From Macrostomum lignano (taxonomy: Eukaryota), in assembly GCA_002269645.1 (NCBI GenBank), contig NIVC01000028.1, positions 310,001-374,000 on the forward strand: a stretch of DNA of 64,000 bases, given 5' to 3'. Made by a program: the position numbers and the translations under genes. The notes beneath the pieces are model-generated. The model worked only from the letters and a program-made list of their open reading frames with translations, ran no database searches and was not told the DNA's origin. Shown one piece after another: positions 24,263-35,700 of this stretch; positions within the stretch are counted from its first letter, which is position 1, and each line of letters opens with the position of its first letter.

Positions 24263-25752
24263 CAGGGCTGGAGGGGTTAATATCGATACTGAAGGGACAC
24301 CCACCTTTCCTCTAAAAGCGTGAAAAAAACACGGTACAGCAGCTGCCATCAATCTCTATGCATCGCTTCTTTGTCCTTGTGGATGTATATTCTAGCAGTC
24401 CAAAAATACTTTTAAATCTCCCCAAGCAATATTGCTTACAATAATCTACTTATAGTACTCATAAGAATATTATTTGCCGTGAAAGAGATGGGCTGGATTG
24501 AATTTTTCAGGAAATTTGTTTGCACCTGAAGATTCGCTATACTACGTACATTTATTTTACTCAAAAGTGAGTCACAGACCTCTTGCACTGCCTTGAGTCG
24601 TGCCTTGGGCTCTCGGGGGTGGGGTGGGCGCTCAGTTTTTTTAGCGTCTCTTCGATGCACTTCGCTCTGCATCTCTCTCTCTCTCTCTGCTCAGCTTGTG
24701 TTTTGTTGCGCATCTGTAAAAATTCAATTCTACTGCACATTCGAGTCCGCCTCTCCATCAGTTTCATTTTCCTGCCTTTGGCTCACAAAACACTGGCTTG
24801 TCAAGCATTTGTTGCATTTTGTAGCAAATGCTCGCTCAGCTCGTGTTTTGTTCAGCTGCGAGCTTGAGCAGTCCTGCTCACAGGGCTCTCTTAGCCAGCT
24901 GCATGTGCACGCATACAATTGAACAGAGTTTATTAATCCACCCTCGCTTTGACCCACTGCATGGCCAGATGTTCCACCAATCTTTCTATTATTTTTTATT
25001 CTTATCTGTCTGCAGTTTATATCTCAGACACATTCCTAAGCATCCGATGGCGCACCTGTGCCTGCAGTTGCCAACGTCTCATCAAGAAGTAAAAAAAAAC
25101 ATTTTTTTATTTGGTTTGCGATGAAAAGTCTTTTACCGCGGGATAAAACAAATAAAAACAGGTTTATTTTTCAGAAAGGATTAAACTTTTGTAGTTCAGA
25201 ATCAATTCATCACAGGGTTAAAAACTTGAACTGAAAGGAAAAAACGATTATAAAAAACTACTTAGGTTAAACAAGGTTAAACAGATCAACCTAAGTAGAC
25301 ATGGGAGGCGATTAACAATTAGGATAAAGTGCGCTTGAGCAGAAGGGCCAAAAATTAACGTAATTGAGAATTGTTAAGCTTGTTAAACAGCAAGAAAGAT
25401 AGTATATCAAAACCAAAAACATCTAGATTATCTAGGCTACAGGGAGCAGAGCGAAACTTAGATATGTATAGTTCAAATATTACTCACTCAAGCAACATGT
25501 AAAAGTTTCCACCCCGAAACCAGTGGCCAAATTTTCTCAGATCTCAGCCCCAAATAGCGAAATTCATCTCAACTTAGGGTGATGCGATTTTTGTCACAAG
25601 GCCGCAGGTGAGGAGAGAGTGGAGAGTCATAGCTAGAGTTGGATTGAAGCTGCCACTTTCAGTTCTCAGTCCCCATGAACTGCTTTCGGTGTGGAAACTC
25701 ACATGTTGCTTGGGTGTCTCAGAAACCGCCAAACAGTTTCATTAAGCAGCCT

Positions 25753-26723
25753 CTAAACTTTCCGAGCTCTTTCTGGATCGAAGCTAACAAGGCGTGAAAG
25801 CTGGTCGACTTTCTGCGGCACAACGTGAAACAGGCCGTCCTTTATCCGAACAGGGTTTTTCTGCAAGTGGCCGCTGACCTTGGTCATGATGGTAATTAGG
25901 TCGAGCTCACGAAAGTACTTCTCGATGAACTCGCAAGCAGTCTGCACGTACCGCGAACCCGAGTCGATGTTTCTAAAGGCGGCTGAGCCTTCAGTGGTGG
26001 CGTAGCAGAGCAGAAAGTCGCCCTCTGGAGGACGGATTGCGGAGTTGAACACCGGAGCGGGTGCCTCGTCCGTTTGCTCACGAGATTTGGCAGCATCAAC
26101 TCGGTCGCGACGGCTTCCGCGACAGGCCTGGATGAAGAACACCTTCGGCTTTCCTTCAAGGCTGCGGCAGACAGAACTCTGTGATGCGATGGTAGTGGCG
26201 GTGGAGTCTTCGGTCTTAGAAACTAAGTACAGTTCAGTCAAGACTTGTAAATGCGAGAAACATGTCAGTATCACCTTTTGGTACAACATTATACATTTCT
26301 ATTTAAGGGATTTTTATATCTCTCTTCTTGCTTGTACGAGCGAATCTATAGATAATTAGGCTCACCTTGAACTTTCCTGTCAGCTTTCGAACTTTGTAGG
26401 GAAAACCGTCCCTACCGTAGATGCAGTCGTGGCTGCCGTGCGCCATCAAGAAGCAGACAAAGCTGCCGTGCTTGGCAAGGTCCGGTAAGATTTTTATCTC
26501 ATTAAGAAAATTATCTACCTGCTCAACGGTGAGATCATTTTTTATCCTGACGATGAAGCGCAGACTCTCGAATACCCGCTTCACTCGGTCAACATCACGA
26601 TCCGAACCTTGACGCTCTTCAAAATTGAAGGTGATGTCACTTCCCCTGTCGTACTCGCTGATGTTGATGATCAGGCAGAAGCCTTGCGGATTCGTCACTG
26701 GATAGAAATCTTCCTCTTCGTGC
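25753..26723 (-). CDS. Caspase catalytic domain (p20 + p10) exons
   Basis: FYPVTNPQGFCLIIN, RQGSDRD, FLMAHG (catalytic His), GKPKVFFIQACRG (catalytic Cys), DFLLCYATTEG..AFRN..GSRYV. Confidence 0.96.
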
Positions 26724-29700
26724 CTGGAATGCAGAAGACGCTGAATATGGTTTCATACTTTAGAGCACACGAATAATTATGTATTAAGCACCTTGACGGT
26801 TGATGTCGAATTGCTTTGACAGAGATGGCTCCTTCGGGAGTTCTGAAAAGTTTTTATTTGATTCGACAGAAAAAAATATGCATTGCATTATCCAATCAGT
26901 GATAATTTCTGAGCACTTCCAACGTGATGCATAAATTTAACCTTGACTCACGGATCTGCTTCATCATCACTCGGTTCCTCGTCATAAGCATGGTCCGTGA
27001 CAACTCTTCGTCTGGAATGGTTAAAATGTGCTGTAGCTGTATGTGCTGTAGCTGTGTGTGCCGTAGCTGTGTGTGCCGTAGCTGTGTGCGCTGTAGCTGT
27101 GTGCTGAAGGAACTTTTAACAGAGTCAACTATTGCAATATTTGACGGACGATAACAATTACACGAGGTCTCAAAAGCCAAAATCAGTCGATTTATATATT
27201 TTAATATATATATACAGTATTAGGCATGCACAAAGAACGTGCGTACATTACAATCGATAAATTAAAAGGCAACTTGAGCGTGCCCCACCCCCCAGCGCAG
27301 GCCAACCCCAAAACCGATATTGTTACTCACAATATAAAGTCATCACATCCCTTCGCACTTAAGTATGAAAGTAGGATTAACAAAAAATAACATTATTAGT
27401 TATAATAAAAAATATTGAAGCGAGCAACACAACTAAGGTACTAAAATCTAGTTCATAAACAACAGTTACTTCAGCTGTAAGTCAGTCGCTCAGGTGCAGC
27501 GCACTTCCTCATCGAACGGCGAAGCTGCGGCATGGCGTCGGGCTCCACCGCAGCCTCAGCAGCAACGCCGTCAGGGAAAACTTCGGGTGCGTTCTTCGGC
27601 ACTGCATCGCACTGCGGCACCGCTGCCGCAAGTACCGCCGGCTTGGTCGGAAGCTGACTGACCGCGGCCGGCTTGCGCACCTGGTCCACGTGCCTGTGTG
27701 CGTCTCTGTCGTCATCGAACCGGCACGTGAAGTCGGCCGCACCAGAACTGTCCGTGACTGTCGCCGGCCTCCAGCGTCCGTCACTCGCGAAGTTTCGCGC
27801 CAGCACCGAGTCGCCGACATTAATGCGGCAGTCGTGCGCGTGGGCATCGTGCTGCTCCTTCTGCAGTGCCTGCTGTACGGCCACCCGAGCGGGCAGGTCA
27901 GGGCGGACTCGGTCGAGCAACGATTTCAGCCTCCGTCCCATCAGCAGCTCGCAGGGAGCCCTCCCGGTAGTCGCATGCGGCGTGACTCGGTACGTCAGGA
28001 GGAACCGGGAGACTCGCTCCTCCAGAGAGCCGCTTCGCTGCTTGGCCAGCGCGCGCTTCAGAGTCTGAACTGCTCGCTCTGCTTGGCCGTTGGACGCCGG
28101 GTGGTACGGAGCCGTGCGCACGTGCCGGATGCCGTTCTTGCTCAGGAATGTCTCCATCTCCGCGCTGACCAGGTTCGGACCGTTGTCGGAAACAATCACG
28201 ACCGTGAGTTGCAAAGCTCGATCGCAGCTTCTCGATTGTCGCAGTCGACGACGTCGAAGGCATCACATGCACGTCTATCCACTTGGAGTGGGCGTCAACG
28301 ACAACGAGCAACATCCGGCCCTGGACTGGCCCGGCGTAGTCAATGTGCAGGCGCAACCACGGCTTGTCCGGCCTAGCCCACGGCTGCAGTGGAAACGGAC
28401 CTGGTGACTTCTGCATCTCCTGGCATTCGGTGCACGCGGCGACCAGCCGCTCGATCGCCTCGTCCAGCTTAGGCCACCAGAAAACGCTTCGAGCCAGCGC
28501 CTTCATTCTCGTGGCGCCCTGGTGCCCCTGGTGCAGGCTGTGCAGCAGCGCCTCTCGACCGGCCTCGGTAACTACGACTCGGCAGCCCCAGAGCAGACAA
28601 CCGTCTTGGGTGCTTAGCTGGTCGGCTCGCGTGCAGTATGGCTGCAGCTCAGGCGGCGGCCGCTCTGGCCAGCAGCCGGTCTCAGTGAAGCGCAGAACTC
28701 GGGACAAGTCCGGGTCTGTCCGAGTCCACGTCCGGATGTGCCGAGCCGTCACCGGTCCCTCGTCCAGGAAGTCCATGAGTAGGACGACTTCAGCTGGAGT
28801 TGGCGCTTCCTTCGGCTTCTCCGGCAGCGGCAGCCGACTCAGCGCATCGGCTCGAAGCAGCGACTTGCCCGCTCGATGGACCATTGAGTACTGGTAGTCG
28901 GCCAGGAGCAGCGCCCACCGCTGGATTCTGCCAGAAGCCAGTGCTTGTATCGGTTTCGACTGGTGCAGCAGCCCGAGCAGCGGCTTGTGGTTGCTCACCA
29001 GCTCGAAGTCTCGCCCGAACAGGTACATGTGAAATTTCTTAACTCCGTAGATGACCGCGAGCGCCTCCTTCTCGAGTTGTGAGTATCGGGTCTCTGCTTC
29101 ATTTAGCGTGCGAGAGGCAAAGGCGATCGTTCTGTCGACTCCGTCGATCCGGTGGCTGATGACGGCACCGATGCCGTAAGGCGAGGCGTCGCACTCGAGC
29201 ACCAGCGGTTTCTGACGGTCGATATGCGCGAGCACCGGTGCCTGGCTGAGTAGCGACTTGCACCTGCGGAACGCCTCGTCCTGCACAGCGTCCCATCGCC
29301 AGGGGGCGCCCTTGTTCAGCAGCTGGTTCAGCGGCGCCAGTTTGGTTGACAGATTGGGCATGAACTTGCCGTAATAATTTACCAGCCCGAGGAAGCTGCG
29401 CAGCTGCGTCTGGTCGCGGGGTGGTGACGCATCCTGGATCGCCCGCACCTTGTCCTGGAGAGGGTGCAGCCCTTCGGCGTCGATTCGGCGGTGCCTGAAG
29501 CTGATGCTCTGCTGCATAAAACTGCACTTGCTCAGGCCGCACCGGAGGCCGCTCTGCTGCAGTCGCCGAAGGACCTGCTCTAGCGTCTTCAGGTGGCTGT
29601 CATCATCCACACCGGTAACCAGCAGGTCGTCAACAAAGCAGGTGACGTGGGGAATACCCTGCAGAAGGCAGTCCATCAGGCTCTGGAAAATGCCGACAGC

Positions 29701-32700
29701 GGGAGCAACTCCAAACGGCAGTCTCGTGTACCGCAGCAGCCCCTTGCTGGTATTGATGGTGCAGAGTTCTTGCGAGGCCTCGTCCAGAGGCAGCTTGCGA
29801 CAAGACAAGCTTGGTGAATTTCTTTCCGCCGGCCAGTTTTGCGAAGAGCTCCTCGATCCTCGGCACCGGGTACGTGTCAGGCTCTACGTCGAGGTTCACC
29901 GTTTGTTTAAAATCAGCGCATATGCGGACCGAGCCGTCTGTCTTTAAAACGGGTACGATCGGAGACGCGTAGTCCGAGCTGCTCACCGGCTTCAGCACTC
30001 CCTGTTCGATCTCTTTTCGAGTTGCGCCTCGACCTTCTCCTTTAGCGCAAGCGGGAAGTTTTTGGCCTTGAAGAACCTCGGCCGCGCTGAGGCTTTCAGC
30101 TGCAGCCGAACTGCGGGCCCCGTGTACCGACCGAGGCCCGGCTCGAAGACTTCGGCGTACTTGTCCAGCAGGCTCTTGAGCCCTGGTTGCCCTGACGGAT
30201 GCTGTTGCACCTCCTTGATGTTTCGCCAGTCCAGTGGAAGTTCGGCCAGCCAGTCGCGGCCAATCAGATTTGAGCCCGCACCGTCGGTCACGAGCAGCGG
30301 AAGCACCTTGATGGCGACCTCGGTCGGCGCGCGAACTCGAAGTTGGCCGAGTACGGGCACCAGCTCTCCGGAGTACGTCCGCAGCTGCATGTTGACTTGT
30401 TCGAGTCTGGGACGCCCGCGCAGTACTTCGTTGTAGGTCTTCGCAGAGATGAGTGACACAGACGCCCCAGTATCGACCTCCATGCAGACTGGCGTGCCGT
30501 CGATGTCGATGGTGGTCTTGATCGGCGGAATCTTGCCGCCTACGGCAGCCGCCATCACTTGCAGCGAGAAAGCCTCCTCCACTGCCTCCTCCGCCTGCAG
30601 CTCTTGGACGGTCGAGTCGACGCGACGATTCGAAGCTCGCTGCAGCCCCGCTGATCTCTCGTCCCGCTGAGCAGGCGGCGCTGCCTTGCACGCAGCAGCG
30701 ATGTGTCCGGTTTTCGAGCATGCGTAACACCTACTATTAATGAACGGGCACTTTGCAGCCAGGTGGCGCTGGGACCGGCATCCATAGCAACGCTTCGCTG
30801 GCGGCCCGCTGGCCGCCTCCCGCTGGGCAGAATGGTGAAGAGCGTGCACCGTGTCAGAGCCGGCGCCTTTAGCCACCAGCAGGTTGCCTTGAGCGGCCGA
30901 CTCGTGCGCCTGCGCCAGCGACAGCGCCGTATCCGGCGAGAACTCCTTCTCTGTGAAGAGCCTCCGCTGAATGGAATCATCACTGATCCCCAGGACCAGC
31001 CGGTCCCTGAGCATGCTGCTGAGCCCAACGCCGAAATTGAAGTCCCGAGCTAGCTTACACAGCTCAGCCAGGAACTCTGCCACCGACTCGCCTGCCTGAC
31101 GGCTTCTGCTGTAGAACCTGAATCGCCGTACAATCTCTGGTGGGGTTGGATCAAAATGCTCCTTCAGCTTAGCACAGATGGCGTCGTAGGTCGTGTCCTT
31201 CGGCAGAGCTGGTGACAGCAGGTTTGATATCAGCTGGTAGGTGTCCCTGCCACAAATGCTCAGCAGCACGGCTCGTCTCTTTTTATTGCTGATTTCATTT
31301 GCTGTGAAAAACTGTTCTAAGCGCTCCTGGTACTGCTGCCAGGTCTCAGTGCCCTCTTCAAAGGGTCCTATTGAGCCTATCAGACTCATTCCTCGTCGCC
31401 ACTTTAACAGAGTCAACTATTGCAATATTTGGCGGACGATAACAATTACACGAGGGCTCAAAATCCAAAATCAGTCGATTTATATATTTTAACAAGCTGT
31501 TAAAACCCGCAGATTTTGAACCCGGGGAACTCCATTCCCTGGAATTATTTTTGCATGTATTCTAAAATCTGAGGTCAAACTCAAACAAAACTTGTTAATA
31601 GTTAGGAAAGACTTAAACATAAAATAGAGTATTCGTGTAAAATTAAGATTTGAAGCCAGCATTGATATTGTCAGGCAAACTCTGGCCTCTACCTCTGTCT
31701 CTCCCTATGTCCCTTGGATCCTTTGAAACTTCTATCTTCTCTCCTTTTCTCTCCTTTCTCCTTTCTCCTCTTTTATCTCTTCTCATTTCTCTCTGCTCTC
31801 TACTCCCTCTTTCCTCTCCCCTTTTTTCACTCCTTACTCTACGCTCTCTCAACACTTCCCAGTTTCAATGCATGTCTGTCCACTCTCTTCTCATCTCTTC
31901 TATTGTCTCTTCCTTCACCTCTCTTCTCGTCTTTGCTCTCTTATCTCCCCTTTCTCTTCTTTTATCTTCTCTCTCTTATCTTTTCTCATTTCTCTATGCA
32001 CTCTCTCCTCTCATCTCTCTGCTCTCTCATCTCTCTGCTCTCTCATCTCTCTGCTCTCTCCTGTCCCATCTCCTTTCTCTCTAATCTCTCCCCTTTTTCT
32101 CACCTCCCTCCTTTTCACCAATTTCCCCTGTCCTCTCGATTCTCTCCCCTCCCCTCCTCTCTCCTCACTCACTTCTCATCTCTCCCTTGTTTCCACCTCT
32201 TATCTCTTATTTCTTATTTCTCCTTTCTCTCTACTCTCCCATCTCTTGTCTGTTCAGTGTTCACTCTCGTTTCTGCTATCTCATCTCCCTTCTCTAATCT
32301 TTCATCTTTACTCTCATATGTTCTCTCACCTCTCTCCTATTGTACTCTTCTCTTTTCCCTTTTCTGACTCAGGACTCTCTTTCCTTTCTTCTTTCTTCTC
32401 GTCTCTTCTCTTCCATCTTCTATACTCTCTCCCTCTCTTGTTTTCTCTCTTCTCTCTACACTCTCCTCTCCTCTCATATATTGTCTGTTTACTCTCATCT
32501 TTGCTCACTCATTCCCCTCTCTCTTCTGTCATCTCTACTCCCCTTCTCTCCTCTTTTCCTCTCTCCTTGTACTCTTCTCTTTTTCCTCTTCTGACTCTAC
32601 TCTTTTCTACTCCTCTCTTCTCTTCCCTCTTGTCCCCTCTATTCTCTTCTCTCGTCTCTCTGCACTGCAAGTTTCAACGCTGAGTTGCCACTATTCAAGG

Positions 32701-32724
32701 AGGAGATGTCGAAATGACAGACAC

Positions 32725-32759
<35 letters not shown>

Positions 32760-35700
32760 ACACGTCAACTTTAGTATATACAGAGACGAGTGGAACTCCT
32801 CCTTCGGAGAAAGGGGAACAACTCCCATCACCGGAATTCCATTCCCTGAAATATCCATCAACTGAAATTCCCTGTATTGAACCCTATCTTCCAAATCGTC
32901 TCTAAATTCTTTACAAAACCTTTCAAAGACCATAGCTCAAAGACTCTCACGTCTCTCATATCTCATATCTCCTCTTCTCTTCGCTATTATCGTGACTCTC
33001 TTCTCTGTCCTCTCTCTCATCTTATCTCTACCCCTACTCCCTTATTTATCTCTTCTCCCTCGTCTTTCGTCTGTAACCTCTCCTGTCACTTGTCTCCTCT
33101 CTTCTCTCATATCTCTCCTCTTCACCTCTGTCTCCTGTCTCCTCTCTTCTCTCTTATCTCTCCCTCTTCTCTCCTCTCTCAAATCTCATCTCTACTAACT
33201 TATCTATCGTCTCTCCTAACCCTCTGTCTCTTCTCTTTTCTCTCCTATCTGATCTCATATCTCATATGCGCTCTCACACTCTACTTTCTTATCTCCCATT
33301 TTTCTTCCCTCCCTTCCACTATCCCCTGTCTCTTCTCTTCTCTCTTCTCTATCCTCTCCATCCTTTCTTCTCTCCTCTCCTTTCTCCTTTCATCTTCTCC
33401 CCTCTCTTCTCTAATCTCTAATCTCTTCTCTCCTATGTTCTCACTTATCTCTTTTCTCATCGCATCTCTCCTCTCTCCTCTCCTCACTACTTTCCTCTCT
33501 TAACTCTCTCTTCTCCTCTCGCTTCTCTCTCCTCTCTCTTCTCTCATCTCTACTACCTTGTTTATATCTTCTCCCGGGTCTTTCGTCTCTACTCTCTCCT
33601 GTCTCTTTTCTCCTCTCTTCTCTCTTCCCTCATCTCTCATCCCTCATCCCCTCATCTTACTCTTTCTTTCTCCTCTACTCTCCCCTCTCTTCTCCCCTCT
33701 GTACGCTCTTATCCCTCATCTTTTCTCTCTTTTATCATCTCTTTTGTCTCCCTGTGTTATCTCATATCTCCCCTCTCATCTCCTCTCTCATCTTCTCTTC
33801 TCTCTCCCTCTTTGTTCCCGCCTTACTTCCCTCTTCTCTCCCCCTTGTCATGTCTAATTTCTCCACTCATTTCTACTCTGTTTTCTATCATCTCATCTCT
33901 CTTCTCTTTTCATTATTTTCTTTACTCTCTTCTCTGACTGATTGAAGATGCCAAATCCATCAAGATCCTCTCCGCGAAGCAGAAATCCTGTCGGTGCAAC
34001 TGAAAACCATCGAAATCCTCTCCGTGAAACTGGACTGAGACTAACAAAACTAGACTCAACAAAACTGGACTCAATCGAAATTTTCTCCGTCAAAAAGAAT
34101 AAATTATCAGGATTCATTGGTTAGGGCTATTGTTAGGGTTAGGGTTCGAGCTACACACAGCTGCGTGTCCAAATAAAAATTGAACCAATTGAATCAATTG
34201 ATTGCGCAACCGATTTCTCAGTCAGTCAGTATCCGTCTCAGTTAAAGTTAACAAAAAGATTGCGCAATCTAAATCAACCCTCCAGTACACAGAGGCCGAC
34301 CCCTTTTCAATACGCAGTGGCAGTTAGAAATTGAATCCCCAACTGTTGGGGGGGGTCGGTCGAACGCCCATTGAACCAAAAAATGAGTACAATCTTTGCA
34401 GAAAGCTAAAAGTATGAAATAGTTTTTGTGATGCTGTGCTTTTAGTTTTTATATTTAAAACAAACAATTTATATCCTCGAACTCAGCGTTGCAAGATCTT
34501 TTCAGCAGTATAAGTCTCTTCTCTGGAAGTTTAAAACTCGAAGAGCAGTTAGCGTTTGAAACTGTCTGATTTATAGCATTGAAGTATCGAGTGTACGTTC
34601 ACTGCCTGCTTGCAAGTTGATGCATTGAATTTCAATGTCCAAAAAATACACATGGCTGCCCATTGAGAGGCAGGAAAACTCCTGCTGAATTATCTATACA
34701 GTCAGCCAGTGAGCCAGGGTCCAAGTGTACACACGCAGCCATGAGAACGCTCCCACCCCCCACTGGAGAGAAATACACTACAGAGATAAGAAAAAGTGGT
34801 GGCGCAATCACTAAAAATTGATGCATTTTCAGCTCCGAGCAGAAAAAAGGGACAAATAAGACTATCAAAATTATTAAAATAGCCTATAGCCGACCTCGGA
34901 TAATTTCCAATCTTCCCATTTAAGTTTCAACGCTGAGTTGCCACTATTCAAGGAGGAGTTGTCGAAATGACACACAGACAGACAAACAGACAGACTTAAG
35001 TGTACCCCAACCCACAGAACTCACGGCAGTGCCAGAGGCTCGTCGAAGTAAATCTTTCCGTCGTACCTAAATAGGCAGTGCGGAGTCTGAAGTCAGGGGG
35101 TATTCCATTGAGAGACCATGCTCTATGCTTAATTTCTTCCTTTTGTTTAAATTAACTTCAAAACAATTTTTTTAAATTTGTTTTAAAATTTGTTTTAAAA
35201 TTTGTTTTAAATTCTTTGTTTTGTTGTAAAAATCTGTAATATTACCAAAAAAGCACAAAAAATTTAAATGTTAAACTTAAACTCAACTATCACAGCAAAC
35301 TGCTTGCTGGTGTCTCACAGCTCGCAGGCAGCTGAACATTAATATTCAACTGGCAATCTGCAGTCAAACTGCACTGCAAACTCCCTCAATGCAGCTCAGT
35401 CAGTGTCTGCTGCCCGTTTAAACTACAAAAATGTAAAAATGCCCACTCAGAGCAACTGCAGTCAGCTGCTCAATATTAAATCATAAATTACAGCATAATG
35501 TTTATCAATGATAAATCAAAGTCAGAGAGACATTCTCAGTCGCCATGGAAACTCACCCACGCAGCAGCTCAGCCAATTCGCTCTTTTCCTTCTGTGTGGC
35601 CAAATCCAGCGCAGTCCTGCCGTATTTGTTCTTCAGGCTCCAATCCGCCCCTGAGTCCAGCAGAACCCGACCGAATGCGGCGGCGGTGGCGGAGGGCGTA

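Larger units (their letters stand above)
27115..35016 (-). mobile_element. Ty3/Gypsy (Mag-like) LTR retrotransposon with 5' LTR disrupted by a ~3.5-kb low-complexity composite
   Basis: 5-bp TSD GAACT at 27110-27114 and 35017-35021; paralogue 3 shows the empty site GAAGGAACTCACGG. LTR U5 copies at 27115-27203 and 31403-31492 (3 mismatches). PBS TGGCGACGAG at 31392-31401. Confidence 0.8.

Noticed and set aside
24436-24957. Broken minus-strand ORFs with Cys pairs, possibly a PHD-like or TE ORF1 remnant
   Set aside because: Frames are short and interrupted and no diagnostic motif could be confirmed; needs BLASTx.
31650-33945. Leu/Ser-rich multi-pass membrane-like ORFs
   Set aside because: Artefact of stop-poor CT-rich low-complexity DNA.
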